Part shown: one piece after another, positions 44,139 through 57,616 of the stretch
How positions within the stretch are numbered: position 1 is the first letter of the stretch
How the letters are laid out: each line of letters starts with the position of its first letter
Source of the DNA: Saccostrea echinata
Taxonomy: Eukaryota
Length of the DNA: 64,000 nt
Direction: 5' to 3'
Assembly (NCBI RefSeq): GCF_033153115.1
Contig: NW_026889760.1
Span: forward strand, 682,001 to 746,000
The notes under the pieces: model-generated
The model's input: only the letters and a program-made list of their open reading frames with translations
Told to the model about the DNA's origin: nothing
The model's database searches: none
Program-made: the position numbers and the translations under genes

Positions 44139-45713
44139 GTATATAATCGGTATATAGATTTTCCTCTAAATTCAGTAAATTCATTTTTATGTTACTATGC
44201 GTTGACTGGGACAGCCTTAAAATCTACTTAATACGAAATATGAACATTACGCCCTTTTCGATTGAGTGAATTCAATAGCGCAGGTCATAATTCAAAAGAT
44301 ATTATCATGAACTTAGCTGCACCAAGTGATGCACTATCTTGTTTAGACATCCAGTGGCTTTTGGGGATTGAAGATATTTTATGCAGAGGAAGACTTTTTC
44401 CCTCGGAAATCAACACATATAGCAGCAAAGAATAATAATTATCATAATAAATTTGGGGTACAATCTTGGTTGCTTATTGAACAAAATACAACAGTTATCT
44501 GAGGCCGTTTCATAAAAAAAAAGTTTCAAAAAGCTTAATTCTACTGATTTTCATTTGTAACTGGGGATTTAGGCTTACCTGACAGAGAAACTTCCTTAAA
44601 CAACACTTGAAATCTTTCTCCATTTTTTACATTTGTTGAAGCGGGATTAAACTAAACATACCCAGTTTTATGAATTTGAAATCCCTTGATCTATTTTTTG
44701 GAACAATGTAAAAAAAGGAATATATAATACTTACTAAATTGAAGGTTTTGTCATTAACTTATGGCATAGAAAAAAAAAGATACAAGTACATACACGTAAT
44801 TTATTGATATTGTGTTATCAACTAGTGCTTTTTCATTTCACTATTAAATTTTATGAATTTTACGTCATTCAATTTTTACTTAGTACTTAAAGCTTTAGAG
44901 AGGTACCTAAATAGGATATTTCTATCAACGAAATAGAATATGACCAAACTCTGTTTTTTTTTAAAAATAAAGTCGTCATTTTTATATTCATTCAAAACTG
45001 AACAAATGAAAGTAGTGTCTCGTGCATTCATACTGTGTGCATGATTCCTAACTCCTATAAATGTTTTATTTTGCTTCTTGTACTTGAAAAGAAATCGTAC
45101 TCCACAGGCAATGACAGCGGCGGGTCGAAGATTTTTTTCCTGGGAAGGGTTCCACATCAATTGTAATAAATGCACTTGTAATAAATTGTAATAAATGTCA
45201 GACTGTTTTGACAAGCAAAAAATAAATGTTAAACAAATTAGATTGATGACAATCCTCCATGATTTTAAATTAGGGTCCTTGTTCTGGGGAGGGGCGTTAA
45301 GGTCATTTTTACCATTACATATACATTTGAAATTTAAAATCTATGAAAATTCCGGGGGGGGGGGGGTCGGTATCCCCTCTAGATCCGCCCCTACTCCATA
45401 TTAAAAAAAAAACATATCAATGTATTCATTTACACACATGTATTTCATCAAGAGCCTTTCAGTTAAATGTGAAACCATAACGAACACAAGATTCTATCTT
45501 TAGTAGAGAAAATACTAATTAGAAAACACGGCCTAGCACATAAAGTTACTATCATGCCAAATATAATGTACACTATTCAATATAATATGCGCTATTCAAA
45601 AAGATGTTGAAAAAAAAGAGTACCTCCTATGGTTTGAAAAATATTTGTCACAGTAGAATCTGAGGAATTCTTAATTTAATGTAAATTAATTACCCCAATT
45701 ACAAAAACGAAAA

Positions 45714-47060
45714 CTATGAGGCGCCGTTTTGGTATTTACTGCCAAAATGTGGTATCACCTATTCGAATAGGTGATATCACCTATTCAATTGGTGATATCA
45801 CATATTCGAATAAGTGATAGCACCTACTCGGCTTCTGAATAGGTGATATCACCTATTAGAATAAGTGATATCACCTATTTAGATAGATGATATCACCTAT
45901 TTGATTTGAATTGGTGATATCACCTATTCAAATAGGTGATATCACTTATTCGAATAGGTGATATCACCCATTCAAATTGGTGATATCACTTAATCATTTT
46001 GAATAGGTGGTATCACTTATTCGAATAGGTGATATCACCTATTCAAATTATTTATGAAATAACAACTGCTCCCAAGACTATAGCCTTTAATTTTCATTTA
46101 CTTTCACTTTCGTTTTATAACTTACCGTTCTTGGAGACAATGAATTACTTCTTTGCATTTACTTTTAAGCACCCCAGTAGAATTTGTAGTTTGTTTTGCT
46201 CACAAATTATATCTATCACACTTATCTATCATATATACTATAGGAAAAATCTTGAAAACGCATAAAAATATTAACTGTTCCATATGGAAGATGCCCTACT
46301 TTACATAATAAAGAGAGAGAGGTATGCCACTCTGTTGTACCCCAGCTTGGTATAATTTATAAAATTTATATAACTTTACAGGGGTCGATAACATAAGGTA
46401 TTTAAATTGTCCCATTACAGGAGAAAACGGGGCAGCCCGAATTTGCTTGATGCTAATGGAAATCGAGAAAGTCTTGAGGAAGGGCACATTCATTATTTAT
46501 TGTTGTAAGAAAAGCAAGTAGGTGATATCACCTATTCATTCTCAATAGGTGATATTGATTTTGATATATCACCTTTTCGAATAAAGGATATCACCCATTT
46601 GAATAAGTGACCTATTCAAATAGGTGATATCACCTATTCAATTTGAATGAGTGATATCACTTATTCGAATAGATGATATCACTTATTCGTATAGGTGATA
46701 TCACCTATTCAAATAGGCGATACCCTTACAAAAAAGGACTATAGTTAACTATACACTGTAGTAAATCAAAGTATTTTTACTATGGATTTTAGATCCTTAT
46801 ATTTTTTGTTCTTTAATTCATACATGCACATTCTTTATATTAAATTGAAATATCATTTGTATTTCACACATTATTTCCAAATTTTACATTATTGTTATCG
46901 AACTTTAGAAATTTTAAGCTTTGAAATCTCAAAGTTCCATAGTAAATCAAAGTATCAAAGTTTTCACTATAGTTAACTATAGTAAACTTTAGTTAACTAT
47001 AGTAAATTTTTTGTAAGGATATCACTAAATGGCAATAAATACCAAAACAGCGCCTCATAG
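45714..47060. mobile_element. TIR element with subterminal arrays of palindromic TATCACCTATTCGAATAGGTGATA
   Basis: TIRs CTATGAGGCGCCGTTTTGGTATTTA / TAAATACCAAAACAGCGCCTCATAG. Arrays at about 45753-46046 and 46519-46722. Confidence 0.8.
46723..47019. mobile_element. Nested MITE (CCCTTACAAAAAA...TTTTTTGTAAGG) with TA duplication
   Basis: Inserted in a GGTGATA|TCAC unit of the host element, with ACTATAGT subterminal repeats. Related decayed copies at about 3010-3372 and 6517-6878. Confidence 0.78.
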
Positions 47061-47647
47061 AAAACACTTACTTTTAAGTGTTTGAACGGTAAGAAACTTG
47101 ACATAACTTTCTCCATTGCAGTGACTGCAGATTTTGAGCAAAATGCAAAAACATGGCTTTTCCTTTTCAGTTGAACAATTCTTATACCTTTCTTTTCTTC
47201 TTGTTCAACGTTTGTAAACAAGAATTTTTAGTATTTGGTAAAAAAGAACACAGTAAAGATTTAATTTCTCTTTTCTTTCTTTTTTTTTTTTTTGGCAAAG
47301 TGTTCAGATCAGCTTTCACAAAATTGAGACGCGGTAAATAAATAATGCATCATAAATCTGTATAACAAAAAAAAAAAAAAAAGATATAGAAGGATATAAA
47401 TTATACATTGTCTAGCAAGATAAGTAGTTTAATTGATTTCACCAACATATCCCAAAATTGTAGAATTATCAAGGAAGCATATCTTTATCAAGAAATATTT
47501 CCTTATCTATTTAAGATCTTTGAAACCATAGTTGCTTATGCTTGTTATGCTTTAAGGAATGGATTTGAGAGCAAATACATTTTATTGAGAAACTCCGTAC
47601 GGTATTCATACAAATGATAGCGGTTCTCGACGATTTTGTTGATTAGA

Positions 47648-47985
47648 TTGATTGATTGATTGGTTTGTATATTGCCTTCCCGTTCGAGAATTTTTCACTC
47701 ATATAAAGACATCATCATATTCAAATTTCAAATGAAGACCTTTACTCGGCACTTAGGGCCATTGAGCAGTGAGGGTTCTTTATCGTGCTAACGCCTACTG
47801 TAACACGGGGCCTCGTTCGGTTTTTAAGGTCTCTTCCGAAGGACCCACAACTTTCACTTCAATGTGCCGAGCGCTTGGAACAATTGCTACCTATTGTTTT
47901 TATCGACTTAGGTCAGTTGCAGCCGTGATTCGAACACATGAACTTCCCATCACGGAGCGAACGCCCTACCGACTGATGACGACTC
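47648..47985 (-). mobile_element. tRNA-derived SINE, family B
   Basis: (ATTG)n tail, core and head on the minus strand, TSD GTTGATTAGA. Partial copies at about 10995-11210, 27535-27630 and 60940-61110. Confidence 0.82.
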
Positions 47986-50169
47986 GTTGATTAGAATTAA
48001 TTTACTAGAATTTTTAATCAAATAAAAGAGTAAAAAATAGAATAATGTGATTTTTTTTGTATAATGCTAACATGAAAGTTGCTCTTTACATGTTATGATA
48101 CAAGAGAAATATATAGTGTAATTTTCCTGAAGGCCTTGTTTTAACACTGTAAATGGTGTATGTTTGTACCTTAGATTCCACTTCCTATCATTACAGAATT
48201 TATTATTTTGGCTTCTCTTGGAGTTATACTGGAATATGCTCTATATCCTCCCTGGTAATTACTTCTTATAGTACAGCAGTACACTAAGAAGTTTTAATTT
48301 TGCCAAGATCGACGCTACTGACCTAATATTTATTGATGTGCATAAGGCCACATACAAATGTCAAATTCACTGGTCGATTTTTGGATACATTAAAAATGAG
48401 TTTTCTTACTATTATATGCAGTGTAAGTATGCTTACATGGGGTTATCAAAAAGTTTGTTGACTGATGCGATAAAATTGAAAATAGGTAGTTGATGATTAC
48501 AAAATTGATATGGAACATAAAACAACAAAATTTAAGAAGTGTTGAAAATTTTAGCTTGATATGTTGATAATGTGTCAAATTATCAATAAAACCAAAAAAA
48601 CACATTATACTGTCACCGCCCGCCGTTGTGTTTCATGACGTCCGATAACGTCATTAATTTTTAATGTTCGCTCCCTCTGTCTACATACATTTTTCTTTAT
48701 GAGATTCCCGGAATAAAGTAATGACTGAAACCCGTCTTGTTTATATGACTTTACAATGCCATGAACAGCTTATTTCAATGCATAATATTGTATAAATGGA
48801 TTTATACATGTACATATGGAAAGATCCTCATTTGATAATGCCAACATAAATCATTTATTTTAAAGATTTTGCTTCCCAGAAATCAATGTCTACCGCACTT
48901 GCGCAACGTTGCTTTTTCGACGAGACTGAATTTGGACGTCGACATTACGTGTACTTCTCTCACCTCTCTAAATCTTTGGAATGAAAAACAGGCACTATGC
49001 CAGTTTTTTTTTTTTTTTGTTTGTTTGTTTGTTTGTTTGTTTGGTTTTTTTTTCAGGGGATGAAACTGTATATAATGTGAGAAAAAACATTCCTCACTTA
49101 TGTTTATATGTCCCACCACATAAGTGAATTTATGCCCTCCATTTATCTTATGCTAGACAAATGCCTGTACAGTAAAGAATGAGTGGAATCCAGTTTCATC
49201 TTGGTCCCGCAACTTTGTAAAGTTTTTCTCCCATAAAACACTACATGACATGCTTTGATGAATATTGTCATTTATTTATGACTAAGATAAACAACTTATT
49301 ACAAATAAACTACCTTATCTACTAGGGAGATCCCAGATAAACGTAAAGAGACTTATTGAGCACTAGACAGGCAGCGGGATCTCCCTAAAGTCTAAGTAAG
49401 ACATGATTATCATTGATGAATGTACATTAAGAAGATGGGAGATCACCAGGTAACATATATATACAAACTAGTCCACAACAATGGCAGGGGATCTCTCTGT
49501 GATTTGAAAAAAAAATACAACAAAGCAATGTAAAAATTAAGGTGGCATATACAAAAATTTTGCAAAACAGAGTAAAAATTAAGGTGGTATGTACAAAACA
49601 TGTTCACAAAAATTTGGCGTATAAAATGACAAGATAAAGTGGCATATACAAATTCAAATGCAAATCAATGTTAAACTTAAGGGGCATACACCAAACATCT
49701 CATGCAGTTACATCACAATTACAAGACAATTCTAAATGTATCAAGGTGGGTATGATGGTGATGGTGTGGGGTTCATTTCACGCAATCAATCTTGCTGTTT
49801 ACATAATAGCGTCCTTCTCATCCCAGGGTGAAAAACAAAGGTGACTTCCACATGATCATAATCCTGCAATTCCATTGGTCATTGATGAGGTACAAGAACA
49901 AATATTTTTAAGAATAGATAAAGATGAACCCTCAAAGTAAAAATAACAATAAAACCGAATACTAAAATACATTTTTTTTTATAAGACATATTATTTAAAA
50001 ATAGTATTTCATAATGTTACTATTGGATGATAATTGTGCATATCAATACGAGTTTTCCCCCGTGAGATTCCGGTAGAAATACGTCTACGACTTGCCTCAT
50101 TAAAAGATGTATCTCTTAAGAAGTATCATAGTCAAATACCTTTACTGTCATTATATATCGTATCCTGGT

Positions 50170-51750
50170 TAGATTAGTCATTAAGGCAGCCTTGAAACAG
50201 CTGAGAAACGGCAAGTCGGCAGGGTCTAATGGCATTTCAGCTTCCCGCTCTTTAAGAAAATATGGCACTTAATAACTATTCTACAAGAATGAAAGGAAGG
50301 TTCCATATCAAAATTCCTAAAAATGGCGATTGTTAATAACTGTGCCAACTACAGAGGAATATCACTGCTACATGTTCAGGGAATGTTTTCAATTTAATAA
50401 TACTGAAAACAATGAAAAAGGAAGTGTATATCAATCTACTTGACGAACAAGGTGGTGTTTGTAAAAAAAAAAAGATATTGTACGAACCAGATGGCAACAT
50501 TCCGCATATTTTTTGAACAATGTGCTGAATGGAATTCCTCCCTACACATGTAAGCCTTATAGACTATGAAAAGGTAATTGCCGGTACTGACTAGGAGACA
50601 ATATGGAAAAAAATCTGCGACATAATGAAGTACCTAGTAAACTTGCAAATATTATTTGCAATTCCTATTAACACCTAGCATACAGGACCATACACTGAGG
50701 ATATCTAACGCAGCATTTGATTTTAAAACTGGAGTGTGTCAAGGATGTCTATTATCACCTTTCCTGTTCCTGCTCGCAAAAGACGACAATGAAATCATCC
50801 ACAAATAATATGGTGCACGGAATACAATAGACAACCAAGACTTTGTAGACAATCTGACACTCCTAGGGCCATATAATTAAGATAGTGGACACAGTTGCAG
50901 AAATATCAGCACAGGCAGGATGAAGAATCAACGGAGTGAAGACAAAGATATTAGAAGGAAACACAAGATCAGATGCTACGTGAAATATAGAATGCGGGAG
51001 AATCGAAGAAGTAGAACATTTCACATTCCTTGATAGTATAGTGGTCCTAACTAATAATACTATAGAAAACTCTAAGCATACAGTAACATACTGTAATACT
51101 GTATATATATACAGTAGGTTGCTGTGGCAATGCTGTAGGTTACTGAGAAAGACAGAAAATTTTTATACATACGGTTTTTTTTTTTTGAAAGCGATAGTAA
51201 ATCGAAGTTTTTACTATAATAAATATAATATATAATAAATAAAGTTTTGTTATATTTCATTTTTTCCATATCATACAAACACCTTTTCTATATCAAAATT
51301 AAATATTTTCTCAGACTGTATAATTACATAATACTTCCACAAATTACATCATCTATAAGTAACTTGAGAGAAGTTAATTTTCTAAACCTCAGAAAACGTT
51401 TAGAGAATAGTTTCATTGCAAATCAACGTATCAAAATATGCTATTTAAAGTTAACTGTAGAAAACCATTATTAATTATAGTAATTTTTGTTAGGGTGTTG
51501 AGAAAGGAGGATTGAAGGTAGACGGAAAAGCTAGAATCGGAATGTCCATAGTAGCATTCCTGCAATTCGAAAACATCTCGAAAGTTAAGACTGTTAAAGA
51601 GAAATATAAAGGCGGTGCCTTTGTATGGATCAGAAACATGGAGGTCAACTGTCAAAATTACAAACAAGATCCAGACATTCATCAACACATGCTTGAGATG
51701 TATCCTCCGGGTCAGATGGTCTGACAAAAATAAAACACCGAAGAGTGACG
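50170..51750 (+). mobile_element. RTE-clade LINE relic, RT region, heavily decayed and interrupted at about 51050-51490
   Basis: IKAALKQLRNGKSAG.NGI, NCANYRGISLL, FEQCAEWNS.L..IDYEK, TGV.QGCLLSPFLFLL, ARIG....AFLQ, LYGSETW. Confidence 0.75.
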
Positions 51751-52059
51751 GAAAACAAGTCATAGTTTAACAACTCTATGTCTATCATTTTGATGCTTAT
51801 AGAACTCTGTTTTAAGGTGTTTTCTTCATATTTTACAATGTTTGTTTAATTATCTTCAGCAATACTAAATGAAAGTATTTTTTGTGCATTGTATTCTTTA
51901 TGGCCCCAAGGTCTTTTGTTAACTCTATTCTCATTTAAATTAACGATATTCTTTTTGTCGCCCCACCACATGTACAACAGTTTTTAATATAAAATCATAT
52001 GACCGTTTTCCTTTTTTAATTCTTTTTTTCTTTTTTTATTATAATTCTCACATAAAAGC

Positions 52060-53445
52060 AAACTGACAGAATTCAAAACTGTGGATCTCTTCAAATCTCA
52101 TAAGAATTAAAAATCTTCATAAATGTCAACATACAATTCCTTATTCATTATCCATATCAAATCAATTTTATATCAAATGCTTTATACAATCATTCCTCGA
52201 GATAATCAAAGAGCAGGGGTTTTTTTATATCGTAGACAACTGCTCCATAATGAAAATGGAACTCGGAAATATCGGTCATATACAAAATTATTTTGTTAAA
52301 AATCATTCCGATTCTACATACAAGTACTCTAAATCTGTAGTTGATATTAAAAAGATGCTGGAATTACTCATTGACTGTATCTATGTAGTCTTTGGAGACC
52401 AGGAGCGGGATTCATAAACACTCTTAGATTTTTATTAAAAGTTGTACTTAAGTACTGAAAAAATTCTTAAGTCATTCATATAAATTCTAAGTACAATTCT
52501 TAGGTAAGTTCAATTCTGAGAAAATTAGAGTTCTTAAGTTAAGTCACCCTAGCAATGAGAATTCCCGAACAAAAAGCGAACTCTTTTGTGATACAGGTAT
52601 TTAGTTCCATGTGTATTACATTACAAGTGAAATGTACTGTCATTAACATTGCATCTTACCAGCTGATAATTATCGCAAAGACAAAAAGAGTTCCAAGTTG
52701 TATGTAATAGATAGAGTCTTGCTGTGGCGCCTTCAACTCAACATTTCGATATATCGACGAAGTTTTATCAATTAACAATACATGTAGTAACTTTCATTCA
52801 TATGTCGACTCGATAGATCCCCGTAAACTCGAAATAAAAGACATTAAAGGGTCTGCCATCTCTGTTTCATATTTCGATGTTTTACTGACTGTGGACGATA
52901 ATGCCCACCCAATGACCAAACTATATATGACAAGCTTCAGCTTTTCCATAGTCATCTTCTCTTAGGTTGCAATATCCCAGCATCACCTGCATATGGTGTT
53001 TTTGTCTCCCAACTGTTTCGATACGCAATAACGTGCTCTGAGTACGATCAAATGTTAAACCGAGGCAAACTATTGACAAATAAGTTGACTTTACAAAGAT
53101 TTCAAGAACCCCGTTTCAAGTCAGCTTTTCTCAAATTCTATGGTCGTTATAATAACAATGTTTGAAAATACAACCTATCGTTGGCATTTTTGTCTACCAT
53201 GTGTCATACAATGTGCTAGGTCATTATTCTTATACTTAATTTGACTTCATAGTACTCCATCTACCTGATCAATACATAGGGCTCACGGTAGGTGTGATCG
53301 TTCGACAGGAAATGCTTACTACACCTAGGCACATGACCCTACCTCTTCTGTTACCAGAGGTGCTTCTTTTTTCATTGTTCTCGATTCCTTTTGATCATCG
53401 GTGTTATTAGATTGATCACTGTTCGATATCTCAACCTTTTACATT
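52060..53445 (+). mobile_element. Penelope-like retroelement relic (RT C-terminal half and 3' end), interrupted at about 52404-52715
   Basis: Decayed translation YFVKNHSDS..KMLE.LID.IYVVFGDQ, FNSTFRYIDEVLSINN, NIPASPAYGVFVSQL.RYA, KFYGRY, followed by the 3' repeat GGTGTGA.CG.TCGACAGG.ATGCTTACT. Confidence 0.78.
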
Positions 53446-54085
53446 TTCGTATTTCTCTATCAATGATTTCTGATTTTTTCCTCTGTATTTCTGTTTTTAT
53501 ATGTTATTTTTCTTTTTTTAAGTTAAATTAGAATGTTGTTATTTATCCCCCTGTTTATTTTTAATGGATTGTCCTACTCCTATTTAGTCTACTCCAACTG
53601 GACAACTTCCTGGTCCCCATCTCAATTCTCTTTGTCATCAATTCACTGATCCCTTTTCCACTGTGTGCACCTGACCAGAACATTTATATTCCCTATTGCT
53701 ATTTATATAAAAGAGAAAGGTACCAAGGTGTGGCTTTTTATGCTTTTACATTATATTCCTGACACTTACATTCAAGACAAGTGAATGTTGAAATTGTTAT
53801 GAATAAATGCTTATATAATTAGGTAACACAACGAACAAACCCTTAACCATTACGTAACTATGCACCTGCACAGGGGTTCCCCCTTCTTGTTTAGCCTTCA
53901 ACAAATTTCCTGCTTTCTGTATCCTTGCTATTAACATCACATATGTCAGCTATGTAAGGAATAAAGTTGATTTAAACTAATTGAGGTTAATTTCATGAAC
54001 ATCGTATTATCAACTTAGGGTTGCTGTCATCTTGACTTCATGAAAGTTTTCTATACATTCCTTAAGCATAAACACATTTCTTGTA

Positions 54086-54122
<37 letters not shown>

Positions 54123-54124
54123 AT

Positions 54125-54556
54125 ATGTTGACGGTGCGACCGTTGGGTCGAGCGCATTGTTCACTTCATTTTACATTGTTTTAAGATCCGCCTCTTCAAA
54201 CCGCACGCGGCATTTGGAACGTCTAGACTGTGACGTCACATGACGTCGTATGTTAGCTGCATTTCCATAAACGAAGTCTGAAAAGTGCAAAAATATTAGC
54301 AACGTTTAATCGACTATCTGTATGCAATATTCATTAAATTAAGGTGAGTTTATTTTCTGTGAAATTTTAGTTGTTGTTACCTCGCGAATGAAGTTTGCAG
54401 CGAGAACAACAAGCGATGTATTGTGGGTCCAGAAATACTGCGGAAAAAAATTCTATTGAATGAATGTGCAGTAGTCCGAATTTTATCTTCGCCCAGGCGT
54501 TGTCGTTAGAGCTTGCAGGGACGAGCGGCGCTTCGCGCCGCTCGCTTCGCTCGCTA
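54125..54556. mobile_element. Unclassified ~430 bp CpG-richer element beside a (CT)n(TA)n tract, ending in a perfect GC hairpin
   Basis: Composition shift, TATAAT at both borders, and CGAGCGGCGC-TTC-GCGCCGCTCG at 54522-54544. Confidence 0.45.
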
Positions 54557-54829
54557 TAATTACAATAGTATTATAGTATTATAATATTAAAGTATTATAG
54601 GCTAATTTACGCACTAATTTCACTCTTTAATTTCTTTTATTTCTTCTAAAAAAAGAAAAAGAACAGGAGAACTGTAGCTATTAAATGTACTACGTACTAC
54701 GTTTTTATTTCAATAACCTTGAAGTACTTCATCCAAGGACACTGTATCAAATTTAGCTGACCTCTAATCAGAGAAGAAATCGGTTGAAAAAAGCAGTGTC
54801 AGATTACATGTACTCTTACATTGGTTTGA

Positions 54830-55125
54830 TTTTTGTTCGTTTAACGTCCATTTCGAGATTTTTAATTCATATTGAGACACCGCTACTTGCCAATGAAAGG
54901 CTGCAAAGTTAGACATGCACTCGGCACTAAAGGCGTTTGAGCAGTGAAGGATCTTTTTCGCGGCAACACCTATGCGACACGAGACCTCAGTTTATACGGG
55001 CTCATCCGGAGGACCTGTCTAAACGTTCCGGGGTGGGATTCAGATCTTGACCCGCAACGTAAGGATCAAATCCTTACTCCGCGACTCTAGAGAAAATGCC
55101 CCAACCACTGCGCTACGCAGGCGAC
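54830..55125 (-). mobile_element. tRNA-derived SINE, family A
   Basis: Reverse-complement match, with flanking repeat ATTGGTTTGA. Confidence 0.8.
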
Positions 55126-56953
55126 CCTATATTGGTTTGACAGAATATGACAACAGTGTAAACTATTTTAACTTTAAAAAACCTGTGATCAATATTGTTA
55201 AAATCTATAAATTTTATACTACAACTGTATATAATTGTCGATTCTTATTGACCTAATACGCAAATACCTTCTTATAAGCTCATTATATATATAAAAAAAA
55301 ATCAGTTGGTTACATGAATAAGATGATTTCCATTAAAAAGACGCAATATTCATACAGAAAAAGGAAGTTTGAATGTTATATACATGTTTTATCCTTATTG
55401 TCTATCTCTAACCACCTTTTACAGCATTACTTTTAACAGAATGTTTCTTTGTATTCTTGTTGTATGAATAAGGAAACATTAATAAAAGTAATGGGACATA
55501 AAATTCATTCTGAATAAACATTGTAAATTTTATGCTCAATACTTCTGAGTTTCAAAAGCCTCTAGAACCTAACCTATCCTTTCATCTTATCAGAAACTGA
55601 ACATCTCTGTAAGTGGCTCTTGTAATTGTTAAGGTTTTATTTAAAAATCCTCTTTTTCACCCAATCAGAAAATGAAAATTTTTCTATTAAAGGATCATAT
55701 AATTTTTAGATTTTTTTTTAATCTAGGCAATGAAAAATTTGCGTAAGGGTTTAAATTAAGTACGTTTATCATTTTAAGTAAAATTTTTAGTTCTTAAGAT
55801 TTAGGTTTGGTCGCTCACATCCCTCCGCCCATTTCTGACTATTATATTGTTGTTTTTGATCTGATTATTACATTGCGAGTTTAGTGTGATGATCCTTCAA
55901 AAGACTTGTCAATAAACCATTTGAAACTGTTTTGAAAGTGTTGATGTGATAGGCGCGAAAGAAGAAATAAATTGGTGAGTAAATTCTTAATACTGTAATG
56001 TCTTAATTGAATCATACATGTACATTCATTCTATATTCGAATTTTTTCTATACCTGTAGATAATATTCAAAATTTCCTAAAGATACCTTCTTTCTAATGA
56101 AGACTTTTTTTTATGATTATTTGTCTGTCTGGCTGTCTGTGTTTCTATGGGATTTCTGTTTTGTATAATTCGTTTTTTTTGTCTATAATCTAAAATAATA
56201 TTTTTTTTATTCAAAGATGAAAGAGAATCGATTCTAGAACTGTAGGAGCTACACATTTCCTGTCTCTTTGATCGAGTTATTTACCCTGTTTTTTTTCTGC
56301 AAATGTTCCTGAAATTTGCTCAGTGCAATAGATTTGGGAATTATAATTAGAGGAAAGTTAGTATATGGGCTTTGAAACTCTTCTGTGCTGAGTGTAATCT
56401 GAATAAAATTTGTCATTACGGTACAGCCCCCCTCGGTCACTGCTCCTGTTCGAATTTTCTCGATGAAAAAAAAAAAACAAACAAACTGCGGTTCCTACAT
56501 GATAATTGAACTGATAGCATGATTACGTACATGTATTCATAAATGGACATCCATCAAGTACTAAAACTTTAGAAAACACACAATGTGGGGGTTCAGTACA
56601 ATTATGGCGTATACTGTTAAAGAAGAAAATTGGATGCATACAAAAGTGCCAAGGCATTGATGCAAATAAAAATTATCGAATGTCAATTTCTTTCAAAATT
56701 AATTTAGCGCAGATTTGATCTGTTCAACATCCTATTTTTGCCGTCAGTCAAGTGACCTCACATTACCTACGACTTTTAACTCAGATATTTTGGGACAGAA
56801 AACATTCTACGTGACACAAGTTACAATCCTTTAATCAACTAGTAAATTAAAAAAGAAGGAAATTAAATTTTGGTACGCCTAATTAATATCAGATAGATCT
56901 CGGGAAAAGACGCAAACGAGAGTGTCATGAGAGTATCTAAATCTTAAGATGGC

Positions 56954-57235
56954 GTCAGCCGCGTGGCGCAGTGATTAAAGAGTTTGCTCTAGATCTCGGA
57001 GTAAAGAGTTGATCATTTTGTCGCGGGTTCGAATCCACTGTTGGTCGTGGAGACTGGTGCTTTGGATGAGACCGTATAAACCGAGGCCATGTGTCGCAGT
57101 AGGTGCTGGCACGAAAAAGATTCCTCACTGCTCAAAGAGCGTAAGTGCCGATTACAAATATTAATTTGCAGCCCTCTATCAGCAAGTAATGTGTCTCAAT
57201 ATGAGTGAAAAATTCTCGGAGGGAAGTTAAACAAG
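56954..57235 (+). mobile_element. tRNA-derived SINE, family A, about 380 bp upstream of the TLR coding exon
   Basis: A and B boxes and the GGATGAGACCGTATAAACCGAGG core. Confidence 0.82.
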
Positions 57236-57616
57236 TAATTTAAAGCTGCCCGTCTTGAAATTTTTTTTTTCATATGGTGGATTCCTGCTGGCAATAAAAT
57301 TAATATAAGAAGGTGTAGTAAAAGTATAAATTTTGCCTTGTAAATATTATTGAATGGAAAATCGTTGGGACCTCCATACTTTAATTTTTTAACGACACAC
57401 GACCACAAGGCTCTAAATATACGTATATGCACTGTATAATCAATAATTTATATGCAAATAGATATTTTAAATCAAACAAAAGTTTACTTTAGTTTACAAA
57501 AAGCAGTGCAATGAGTGTATCATAATTACGACACATTTTTACCGATAGAACAAATAACGAAAGTTTTATACAAACTCAAGTTAAAATTTAAAATTTATGC
57601 TAATTTCAGTTTGGAA

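Noticed and set aside
45753-46722. CRISPR-like array of palindromic repeats
   Set aside because: There are no unique constant-length spacers and no cas genes, the context is eukaryotic, and the repeats are subterminal to a TIR element.
49300-49760. Short recurring motif AAATTAAGGTGGCATATACAAA
   Set aside because: About four degenerate, irregularly spaced copies with no termini; too weak to assign a function.
37441-57432. Numerous 60-112 aa ORFs in the intergenic region
   Set aside because: They are low-complexity translations of AT-rich DNA or repeats, with no splice-consistent gene model.
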